From Eledone cirrhosa (taxonomy: Eukaryota): 64,000 bases of DNA. The notes below the pieces were generated by a model. That model did no database searches, had not been told where the DNA came from, and was given only the letters and a program-made list of their open reading frames with translations. The position numbers and the translations under genes were made by a program. This document shows, one piece after another, positions 52,742 through 64,000 of the stretch (its first letter is position 1; every line of letters starts with the position of its first letter). The stretch is from assembly GCA_964016885.1 (NCBI GenBank), contig OZ024754.1:29140001-29204000 (forward strand), in the 5' to 3' direction.

Positions 52742-54146
52742 ATAACTGATAATTTGGTTACGCTAATGTTTTTCTCTGCGTTGCAGTGTTTACATTTTCG
52801 ATCTTTGTTAATAAATAACCAGTGCAGTTTCTATCCCCAGCATCCTCTTTTGTTATAACATTCGGGTTATCGTTATGTTTTCTTAACTTCATAAGGCATA
52901 TTGTTGGTTGAGGGAATATTAATAAAAAACACCACATGCAAGTCTGCACAGTAGACACTACAGTTTTTAAGCCAAGAAAGAAACTTAACATTGTAACTTT
53001 TATTGACCTGCAAAATTCATCAGTTCGAACACTAAGCTTCCGTTTTGCTTCATTTCCATTTAAAAGCATTTTAAAACAATATTTTTACTTGAAAACAAGT
53101 CTATTTAAAGACTACGTAAAACAAGCAAATATTTCGTCGTTAGGCGTGCAGACAGACAGTCGTGCAGAGAGGTGATATAGGCGTGCAGACAGACATCCGT
53201 GCAGAGAGGTGATATAGGCGTGCAGACAGACAGTCGTGCAGAGAGGTGATATAGGCGTGCAGACAGACATAACTGATAATTTGGTTACGCTAATGTTTTT
53301 CTCTGCGTTGCAGTGTTTACATTTTCGATCTTTGTTAATAAATAACCAGTGCAGTTTCTATCCCCAGCATCCTCTTTTGTTATAACATTCGGGTTATCGT
53401 TATGTTTTCTTAACTTCATAAGGCATATTGTTGGTTGAGGGAATATTAATAAAAAACACCACATGCAAGTCTGCACAGTAGACACTACAGTTTTTAAGCC
53501 AAGAAAGAAACTTAACATTGTAACTTTAACACAGCTTCATCAGTTCGAACACTAAGCTTCCGTTTTGCTTCATTTCCATTTAAAAGCCTTTTAAAACAAT
53601 ATTTTTACTTGAAAACAAGTCTATTTAAAGACTACGTAAAACAAGCAAATATTTCGTAAAAAAAAGCAAAAATTATATAAGTTTATTTAAAATATATGTA
53701 TCTGTAAATTTCGTTAGGCGTGCAGACAGACAGTCGTGCAGAGAGGTGATATAGGCGTGCAGACAGACAGTCGTGCAGAGAGGTGATATAGGCGTGCAGA
53801 CAGATAGTCGTGCAGAGAGGTGATATAGGCGTGCAGACAGACAGTCGTGCAGAGAGGTGATATAGGCGTGCAGACAGACATAACTGATAATTTGGTTACG
53901 CTAATGTTTTTCTCTGCGTTGCTGTGTTTACATTTTCGATCTTTGTTAATAAATAACCAGTGCAGTTTTTATCCCCAGCATCCTCTTTTGTTATAACATT
54001 CGGGTTATCGTTATGTTTTCTTAACTTCATAAGGCATATTGTTGGTTGAGGGAATATTAATCAAAAACACCACATGCAAGTCTGCACAGTAGACACTACA
54101 GTTTTTAATCCAATAAAGAAACTTAACATTGTAACTTTAACACAGC
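52742..54146. repeat. Helitron 3' subterminal module array (about 2.5 copies of 530-610 bp) with 37 bp minisatellite
   Basis: ataactgataatttggttacgct restarts at 52742, 53269 and 53880. Same modules as 45897-46655. Confidence 0.9.
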
Positions 54147-54224
54147 TACTGAGCGACCCCGAGCAACGCCGGGCTTTACTGCTAGTATATTATATATATA
54201 TTTATTTATATATATATATATGTG

Positions 54225-54575
54225 TGTAAAAGGTAAACAGAAATAGCAACACAATCAGTACAGTATAAGGAAGGTATATATTAGGTTAACGCCTGATATA
54301 GCAGGAAGAGGTTCTTAACGTTTCGGACGCTAGTCCTTCATCAGAAGAATGAATGAGAAATAAAATCGATCAAGGGGACGGGTGGGATGGAATTGCAAAA
54401 AATGTCTTTAGATAAAAATAACAGGTCCATTCATGTTGACATCTCTTGCAAAACTGTTGGTGCTGGCGTTTTGTGTATGATTTGTTTTTTAGATAAGTGG
54501 ATGATGGCGCGCGTCTACCTGAAATGGAAAAAAAAACGTTTTGTAAAAAGAGCTATACTTGAGCACGTGCGTAAG

Positions 54576-54653
<78 letters not shown>

Positions 54654-55837
54654 ATAGATCCGTACGAAGCTAAGAAGCGATATGTGTGTATATGTGAGTA
54701 AAAGAGTGTGTGTGCATGTAAGTACGAAGCTATGAATAAAGAGAAAGTGATAGGAATCTAGGGTGTGATAATGGACTGGGTATTAAAGAAATTGGGGAGG
54801 TGAGTTGAGTCCAAGACGGGAATAGGACCCAAGACGGTGAATCAGACTTTGTTCAGTTCTGGTGCGCGAGGCCTGTGATCCATGATGTAAAAGGACACCC
54901 ACGACTGAAACATGTAGGGAAGAATGACCAAGGGAACAGAAATGACGGGCGACTGGAGGATCCAAACCGAGACGTATGTCCCTCAAATGTTCGGTAAACC
55001 TGTCCGCCATACGGTGTCCCGTTTGTCCGTATAGCTCAGGAGTCGGTCCAGCGTACTGGGAGAAGATCTGGGCTTCGACGTAGCCAACAAACAAGTTAGC
55101 ATAGTTTGGACCCATTCTGTTTCCCATCGCTATCCCAGAGACCTGCTGGTAAAATTCACCCGAAAAAGAAAATCCATTAAAGGGTGAGAACAAGCTCAGC
55201 CAGACGGAGTAGAGGGGTAGTGCTGGGGTAAGGGATAGGGCGTAAATCTAAAAGATGCTGGAGAGCGTGGAGGCCGTCATCATGAGGGATGACGGTATAG
55301 AGAGAAGTGGTGATGTCCAGGGTAAAGAGAAGGCAGGAGGGACCAGGACGGAAGGAGAAGGAGTTGAAGAGTCTAAGGGCATGATTGGTATCGTGGATGT
55401 GGGAGGGGAGATTGCCGACCAACGGGGCGAGGATGGTGTCTAAATATTCAGAAATTAACTCGGTGGGGCAGTTGCACGCAGAAATGATAGGACGGCCAGG
55501 ATTATTTTGTTTGATTTTGGGGAGGATGTAGATGGTGGGTGTGCGAGGGGTGCGTACAATAAGGTTGGTGGCTGTTGGGGGTAGGTGAGAGGAGGAGATG
55601 AGCTCGTGGATGGTGGAGGACACGAGTTGTTGGTAGCCAGGAGTGGGGTCGGAGGATAAAGGGCGGTAAAAAAGGGTATTGTGAAGCTGGCCCTATTGAG
55701 GTCAGCGCTCCAAACCACCACAGCGCCACCTTTGTCAGCGGGTTTGATGACAATGTCATCGCGACACCGAAGGTTGAGAAGAGCGGAGAGCTCAGTTCGC
55801 GTGATATTAGAGCGACGGGAATGCTGGTGGAAACGGA

Positions 55838-55841
<4 letters not shown>
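54225..55841 (-). mobile_element. Penelope-like (Neptune-type) element, truncated and internally deleted RT plus GIY-YIG
   Basis: DIVIKPADKGGAVVVW, YILPKI..PGRPIIS, LD..SLYTVIPH, YQQVSGIAMG..PNYANLF, then a jump to GQTG..DRFTEHLRDIR..GLN. (TA)n on both sides. Confidence 0.9.
54312..54349 (-). ncRNA. Minimal hammerhead ribozyme (PLE type)
   Basis: UUCUU CUGAUGA A GGAC UAGC GUCC GAAA CG UU AAGAA. 5 bp stem I and palindromic stem III. Confidence 0.82.
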
Positions 55842-55919
<78 letters not shown>

Positions 55920-56349
55920 CTTCTTGAGACATCCCTCCATCGAAGGTGAAGCATTATATATATATATAGTACCAGTAATGTACTGGATAATTGCTGGCCT
56001 TGTGCCAAAAGTAGAAACAATTATATATATATATATTGTATATACATACGGTATGTATATATATTATATATTTTCTATAAATTTATCAGAGCTGGTATTG
56101 GGTGATGTGTCGTAAACTGTCTTATATATTTTGTCCCCCATAAACTATTCTGCTCCGGTGGATCTCAGAGATACTGCTCACTTTTTACGCATTGCCATCC
56201 CATTTTTAATCGTCAACTACTAGAATTTCACGTAGCAGCATCATATTAAATGCAAGAAGATCAATAATCGCATAATCCCAAACAGTTTTAATGTCACCTG
56301 TTAATTATGATGACTTTTCTAGTTGCGTATATTGATAGTTCGTTTGATG

Positions 56350-56839
<490 letters not shown>

Positions 56840-57929
56840 CACATACAATAAACACTTTCCAACATGGCTTCCACCTCCCATTCCTCCCTTGGTTTAAAGT
56901 TCCTGTCAATGGAGCCAAGTGCCAACATTATTCTACATTATTCTACACTAAAACACAAGAAGGGTATCCTAATATTTTTGAAGAGTTAGAAAGACACATC
57001 TTAACATATTTTAGAAACGTAATTTCAAAACTTCTTAATACAAATCTCAACAGAATTCTTTTACGAAGCTACCAATTAAAATGTAAACAGTTTATCAACG
57101 GGGGGCACTAAAATTCTGTTTCTCGAATAAATAGTAAAGTAAACGATATGAAATGCTGTAATATGCCTCCTGGGTTTCTCCGGATGATACCTTTTAGCGA
57201 ATATTCATTGTAGTTTTTCTGAACTGTCTAATGTTATCGATTTCTGTTTCTTTTAATTCTCTTGATTATGTTTAGAACATTGCAGAAAAGGATCATTGTC
57301 AATATTAGAAGCTAACATGCTGAACTGGAGTCTATTCATATCCTGCTTTGTTTTTACTTTTTTAGTTTTAGTCCGTTTACCTTTCACGACAAAGAACACA
57401 CTTCATCAAATGTATAAATATCTAAAGAACATCGATGTTTATTTGATAAAATGTCTAAGTGTAAAAGTTGGAAGCAATAAAGTTTATCACGTCCAATTCT
57501 TATAGGTGTATACATTTCTGATAAATTTTCAAATGTACACAGAACTTACGCGTTTTCCCTTCCGACCGTTCCCAAAATGTAATCAGATAGTATGGTAAAC
57601 TATCTTGAATACATCAGCAAACATCAATATCTTTCTACACAAATATACATTGTGTGCACACAGAGATACGCACACATAATAAGTACCAGCATCGGCATCA
57701 GCATCAGCATCAGCTGGGGATTATACTAGCAGTGGGACTGGCAAGATTATTTGTGCTCTGAGTCAATTAAATGCCAATGAAACCGGGATAAGCCCTGGCT
57801 TAAGGAACCTTCAGACTCACTTCAACATTAACTTAGTTATACATATATAGAGAGAGTGAGCTATGTAAAATGCTGACCGAGGTGCCAAGCAGTTTCAGCT
57901 TCGAGGTCTCCCCGGTCTCAGGACCACAG

Positions 57930-58007
<78 letters not shown>

Positions 58008-58009
58008 GC

Positions 58010-58056
<47 letters not shown>

Positions 58057-58353
58057 TGAGGTATATAACAAGCATGTATAAGTTCATTTATACTTAGTGA
58101 TCGAAGTTATAAAATCAATATTGATAGAATAAGCTAAGGAAATCAAGCAACATTTAAGGAAACATAGGACGGTAATAAACACATATATTATAAAGTGAAG
58201 GTTTAGTGACTAAAGAACAAATAACAACTCAAGATGTAGTTACAAAGGTAGAAGGAAACTATTTTCAGGATAAGATAACAGTGACCATAATATAATGTAT
58301 GTTTAAAAAATATCCAACACATTCATACATATATAGACTCACAAATACCGACA

Positions 58354-60700
58354 CATCATCATCATCATCATCATCAGGTTTAGCGTCCGTGTTCCACGCT
58401 TACATGGGTTTGGACGGGGGTTTTCCCACTTGAGGCAAGAGTGGTTGTCTTGCTCGCATAGGACTGTCTGGCGGGTTTTCTACAGTTGGATGCCCTTCCT
58501 AACACCAACCACATTTACAGTGTGGGGCTGGGAGGTTTTTACCGTGTTGCCTACACGGCCACATTACAGCGTGGACTGTCTGGCGGGTTTTCTACAGCTG
58601 GATGCCCTTCCTAACACCAACCACATTTACAGTGTGGGGCTGGGAGGTTTTTACCGTGTTGCCTACACGGCCACATTTACAGCGTGGACTGTGTGTTTTT
58701 TGTCGTGACACCTACACGATCTCATTTGTTTCGGCCTGGATGTTGTGGGACCAACATAACTTTACATTGAAAGGGGCGGTGTGGGTGGGGTGGAGGTGGT
58801 GGGACGGGGGTGTGTTTTGATAGAGATGCCTACTGACTATAGTAGGTTTTTACTTTGTATTTAGGTAAGGCGGGTCTTCTCTATTACTGAGTACCGCCAA
58901 AGGTCTCGGTCCAGTGACATTGTCTTGGAGAGGTGTAAGCGTGTGAGGTCGGAATTTATCAGCTCGTCCCATGTTTTTCTGGGTCTGCCTACTCCGTGGC
59001 TACCGTCTATCTTGATTGCCCTGCACTTTGTTATACAGTTGTCGTCTTTCATGCGCATCACGTGACCGTACCAACGTAGCCTTCTCTCGAGTAAACAACA
59101 TCTGATCCCTCTTATTTCTAATTTTTTCCTTAGTTCGTTTATGCTTTGCCGTTCACGTATATTACTATTGCACATCCAGCGGAGCATGCAAGCTTCGTTC
59201 CTCTCTAGTCTGCGTATATCCTCTGCACACAATGCCCAGGTCTCACTGCCATGCAGCATTGCTGTTCGTATGCAGGCATCGTATAACCTGCCTTTCATTT
59301 TTAGGGAGAACCCTCTAGCGGCTAATAGTGGTATAAGCTCTCTGAACTTTTTCCATCCAGTTCTGACTCTAGCTACTGTACTTTCAGAGCACCCTCCCCC
59401 ACTGCTGATTTTGTCACCCAGATAACGGAAGCTGTCCACTATTTCTATAGAACCATCTGCGCAGTTGAAGGAGCTAGTATTTTGTGGGCACTTGCTGCTA
59501 CTTATTGCACCTGAGCACCGGCCACATGTAAAATCTATGTTCTTAGTTAGCTTACCTGTGATCCCACTACATCTTTTATGCACCCATACTTTGCATTTGG
59601 GACATAAAATGGAGTTTCTACCTACGCCTTTCCTACACACTGAGCATGGCCATTTCCCAGATGGGACCGCCGCCTTATTTTCTTTCCTACAAACTAGAAC
59701 TTTAGTCTTAGCCAGGTTAATTTTAAGGCCTTTTGATTCTAGGCCGTGCTTCCATGTTTGGAACTTCTTCTCTAGTTCGGTCATTGATTCAGCTATGAGC
59801 GTTAGATCATCTGCGTATAGGAGTTCCCATGGGCAGCCGGTCTTGAACTCCTCTGTTATAGCCTGAAGGGCAATAATAAATAGTAGGGGGCTAAGAACAG
59901 AGCCCTGATGGACACCAACTTTTACGCTAAACTCTTCACTATATTCGTTGTTAATTCTAACCTTACTGACTGTTTCTTTATACATGGCTTGTATAGCTCT
60001 CACAAGCCATTCGTCAACACCTAGTTTTCTAAGAGACCACCAGATAATGGAACGGGGGACTCTGTCGAAGGCTTTCTCCAAGTCGACGAAAGCTAAGTAT
60101 AGGGGTTTACTTTTAGCTAGGTACTTCTCCTGTAGTTGTCGTACAATGAAAAGAGCGTCTGTGGTACTTTTGCCTGACACAAACCCGAACTGCATTTCAT
60201 CTAGATCAATTCTCTCTCTGATTAGTTGCGCTATTACTTTTTCCGTGACCTTCATGACCTGGTCGATTAATTTAATGCCTCTATAGTTACTCCTATCTAG
60301 GGCATCTCCTTTTCCCTTATAGCAGTTAACGATGATGCTGCTACTCCATTCCTTCGGAACAACCCCATTCTGTACGACTTGGTTAACTATCCGGGTGACC
60401 ATGGTGTGTCCCACCGAACCAGATGCCTTCAGCATCTCAGCAACTATTTCCGAAGGCCCAGCCGCCTTACCCGTCTTCATATCTTTGATTGCCTTACTTA
60501 TTATACTACCTTCAACTAACACTGCTGGTCCCTCTATTGGATCGATCTGGGGGAGACTGTCTTTCTCCCATTTGTTCTCCTCATTTAGAAGCCTTTCGTA
60601 GTGACACTTCCAAGCTACCTTCTTATCAGCGTCGGTGATGGCAAGTATGCCATCATCGTTAAGTACACACTTCTCCCCGACAATATCACGGTTTTCCTTG
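58354..60700 (-). mobile_element. RTE-clade LINE, 5'-truncated, with 3' UTR and (TGA)n tail
   Basis: RT ORF, 3' UTR with about 112 bp tandem duplication (58462-58690), and (CAT)n at 58354-58376. Confidence 0.93.
58861..60699 (-). CDS. RTE reverse transcriptase with embedded PHD-like Zn finger (5'-truncated, frame open throughout)
   Basis: NYRGIKL, QFGF, FVDLEKAFDRV, GVHQGSVLSPLLF, YADD, FRYLG, LHGSETW, RLRWYGHV, GRPRKTW. The frame continues upstream of the listed GTG (KENRDIVG..WKCHYERLLN). Confidence 0.92.
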   Translation of the reverse strand, partial: KENRDIVGEKCVLNDDGILAITDADKKVAWKCHYERLLNEENKWEKDSLPQIDPIEGPAVLVEGSIISKAIKDMKTGKAAGPSEIVAEMLKASGSVGHTMVTRIVNQVVQNGVVPKEWSSSIIVNCYKGKGDALDRSNYRGIKLIDQVMKVTEKVIAQLIRERIDLDEMQFGFVSGKSTTDALFIVRQLQEKYLAKSKPLYLAFVDLEKAFDRVPRSIIWWSLRKLGVDEWLVRAIQAMYKETVSKVRINNEYSEEFSVKVGVHQGSVLSPLLFIIALQAITEEFKTGCPWELLYADDLTLIAESMTELEKKFQTWKHGLESKGLKINLAKTKVLVCRKENKAAVPSGKWPCSVCRKGVGRNSILCPKCKVWVHKRCSGITGKLTKNIDFTCGRCSGAISSSKCPQNTSSFNCADGSIEIVDSFRYLGDKISSGGGCSESTVARVRTGWKKFRELIPLLAARGFSLKMKGRLYDACIRTAMLHGSETWALCAEDIRRLERNEACMLRWMCNSNIRERQSINELRKKLEIRGIRCCLLERRLRWYGHVMRMKDDNCITKCRAIKIDGSHGVGRPRKTWDELINSDLTRLHLSKTMSLDRDLWRYSVIEKTRLT

Positions 60701-60730
60701 AATATATATATATATACCTGTATATATATT

Positions 60731-60808
<78 letters not shown>

Positions 60809-60867
60809 TAGATAGATAGATAAATATACACGGGTGTGTATGATTGTGTATAGAAGATTATATTAAT

Positions 60868-61051
60868 TGTTTCTACTTTAGGCACAAGGCCAGCAACTAC
60901 CCAGTGCCTCACTGGTACTTTATTTTATCGACCCCGTAAGGATGAAAGGCAAAGTCAACCTCGGCGGGATTTGAACTCAGATCGTAAAGGGACGTAACTA
61001 TGCTAGAAAGCATGGCGTCCGACCCTCTACCGATACTACCAATCCACCAAT
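60868..61051 (-). mobile_element. tRNA-SINE, full length, 15 bp TSD
   Basis: TSD gaagattatattaat. Confidence 0.95.
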
Positions 61052-61266
61052 GAAGATTATATTAATAAAAGGAATTCCAACTTTGTCTGATTTACTCGTT
61101 TTATTTACAATCCTTTAAAATTTATAATGGTATTAGAATGAAATAGTATGGTAGAATATTAAATGTTAAGTGTTAATTGAACAAGTACTTTCATGCTTTC
61201 GCAATCTTCAGGTTCATAATGTGTGGTGACAGTCAAGTTTGCAATTTTCAACATATATATATATGC

Positions 61267-61428
<162 letters not shown>

Positions 61429-62394
61429 GTGTGTAATACACATACATAATTGTTAGTTCGATATAAATGGTAGACTCTTCATAAGAACTTTGTAGGTAGG
61501 AATATAACGAATTTCTATATCCTAGCTGTTTCAAAATGATTTATTAAATAACTTCGTTTTTGTCTAGTATTACTCTTTCAACAGCAGTGTCTTCGTTAAC
61601 GTCAGTCATTCTGACAACATGGTATTATAATTGAATTAATAATACTTTGATATTATATGTTTACTATGTTCACTGGAAGAACAACAAGTTTTGTTTTGTC
61701 GATAATTTAATCCTTTCTCAATAGACTGTATAGACTAATTTCAGGTAAACTTCTTTTGTAAAGTCAATTATGGTAAGGTGTTTATTTCATTGTCATTTTT
61801 GGTTCTTAGTCTTCCGAAGAAATATCATAAGAATGATGATATAAGTCACAAAATGAAATATATTCAATGAAGAATTATTGAAGAAATATTAGAGATGGTT
61901 TGTTGAGATTTATCACTTTTAAACTTTGTGATGAAGGAGTATATAGAAATTCTCGTTCAGATGACGGGAATATTATTGAATATTATTGAATGTTTAATCG
62001 AAAATATGAAGTCCTCAAGCCTTCCTGTTTATGGAATTATTACGATCGAGTTCTTATAAACAATATCTTACAGCCATGAATTATAACATTGAAATAAGAC
62101 CACCATATTTATCTCATCAACTTCGGGTAAATTGAAATTCAAAGTCAGTACAAGTGGTCCTTGAATTCAGAGGAATGAAGTAGAATGAGTTAATTTGCAG
62201 TGTATTAGATATGACAACGACGTACTCGGTGATTCCATTATATGACATGGGAAACTTTCATTAAAACTAAATGTGTAAATATATGAAAATGAGGTATTGC
62301 TAATCTATAAAAATATTTTCCTACGGTATATGTAGTATAGAATTAAATCGGAAGCATAACACGCACGCACACACACACACGCACACACGCACAC

Positions 62395-62548
<154 letters not shown>

Positions 62549-62739
62549 ACACACATACATATATAAGCTCGCAGCCCAGTTACATTGATATATCCTCAAT
62601 TTCATTCCATAGATATTTAAGATTTTGTTCATAAAGATGTTCACTAAAATGAAAAAAAATTAGTTCAGAGCCATGAACCACTGTTTCAGCAAACAGAAAT
62701 GTCAAGTATCATTTCGGCACTAAAAATCAAACGACTGAG

Positions 62740-62792
<53 letters not shown>

Positions 62793-62885
62793 TGTATAAA
62801 TCATATGAACTTTGTAATCATACAATGGATATAAAGTAACACAATTGATTCGCTATCACAAAAGAAACAAAATTAATAAAAATAA

Positions 62886-62964
62886 TTGTTTCTACTTTTA
62901 GCACAAGGCCAGCAATACCCCAGTACATTACTGGTACTTTATTTTATCGACCCTATAAGGATGT
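62886..62964 (-). mobile_element. tRNA-SINE 3' fragment, 17 bp TSD
   Basis: TSD aaaattaataaaaataa. Confidence 0.85.
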
Positions 62965-63407
62965 AAAATTAATAAAAATAAGAAAAATAAGAAAGAATGG
63001 TAAAAAACAAAATTGAAGATTTTCGGCGATGCAAAGTTTGCTTCACTGTTATTTTAACATTGAAAGAAAACAAGAAAGAAAAAAGAAAGAAGAAAGAAAC
63101 CAGGAAAAACTAAAGAAAAAAAAAAAAACGGAAATCAAATAGAAAATTGTATCTGAAATAAAGAAAACTGTTATGAAATAAGAAATAAAGAATATTTCAT
63201 TCAAGGCAGGAAAATATTTCGATGAAAATGTTAAAAGTTTTTTGATAAATATAATTCATGAAGAACGCATTGCCCTTTCACAGGAAATTAATCGCATGTT
63301 CTCTGGAATGATTCAGTGCAGAATATTTACTATTTCGTTAGTTCAACGAAAAAGAAAATATATTACTTTGTAGTTATCAGAGATTGTATACTGGTTGGCA
63401 AAAGATA

Positions 63408-63863
63408 TAACATAATTCAAACAACTAGTTTATTCCTGTGAGGAACGTGGAAGGAGAGTCATCAAACATTCTCCCCAGCGGGTCCTGCCAGAAGCAACCA
63501 TCTCCAAATGATGCAGGTGGAAGCCCAAGTGAGACAAGCCAAATTCATGGGTGTTATTAAATGGCGGTGGATTGGCAGTATCGGTAGAGGGTCGGACGCC
63601 ATGCTTTGACGGTATAGAGTTACGGCCCTTGCCATTCTGAGTTCAAATCCCGCCGAGGTTAACTTTGCCTTTCATCCTTATGGGGTCGATAAAAAATAAA
63701 GTACCAGTAATGCACTGAGTAATTGCTGGCCTTGTGCCAAAAAGTAGAAACTTTTATTAATAGGAGACGGTTGCTTTTGACATGATCCGCTGGAGGGAGA
63801 GTTTGAGGACTCCCTCTCCCTAACGATCCTCTCAGGAATAAACTAGTTGTTTGAATTATGTTA
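63408..63863. mobile_element. Unclassified MITE with about 98 bp imperfect TIRs, interrupted by a SINE
   Basis: taacataattcaaacaactagtttattcctg..gcaaccatctcc (63408-63505) is inverted at 63763-63863. Confidence 0.7.
63563..63751 (+). mobile_element. tRNA-SINE, full length
   Basis: A and B boxes and body, flanked by ttattaa. Confidence 0.93.
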
Positions 63864-64000
63864 GATCAGGAATACATGGGTAAAGAAAAAGAAGAAGAAG
63901 AAATAGAAGAAGAAGAAGAAGAAGAAGAAGAAGGGTTTCCACACATATATAATACATACATCCATATACATATATACATATAAAATACATTCATACATAC

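Larger units (their letters stand above)
45611..54185 (+). mobile_element. Full-length Helitron (about 8.6 kb)
   Basis: 5' A|TCTATATATATAAAATTGTC..GTCTGTCTGTC. 3' hairpin cccgagcaacgccggg (54158-54173), then CTAG|T. No TSD. Contains RepHel. Confidence 0.92.

Overview
AT-rich, microsatellite-dense eukaryotic DNA. The tRNA-SINE family and repeat content suggest an octopod cephalopod (inference). I find no supportable host protein-coding gene; the window is a transposon mosaic. It holds: an L1/Tx1 endonuclease fragment; R4/Dong-type RLE retrotransposons stacked in (TAA)n; CRE-type RLE fragments; several RTE LINE pieces, one with about 610 uninterrupted codons including RT and a PHD-like finger; about 18 copies or stubs of one tRNA-derived SINE, many with TSDs; mariner and hAT-like MITEs; minisatellites; and a full-length 8.6 kb Helitron whose RepHel ORF is broken only by one extra G in a homopolymer. 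The most striking unannotated layer is at least seven unrelated Penelope-like (PLE) end families sitting in or next to (TA)n tracts. Each carries a type I hammerhead-ribozyme fold. Several have non-canonical cores (U3-A8, U4C) or long stems, and one family shows compensatory changes between copies. Three families recur as fold-back insertions: two head-to-head 3' ends, one carrying a fixed 80-135 nt tail. Coordinates were read by eye and are approximate at degenerate edges.
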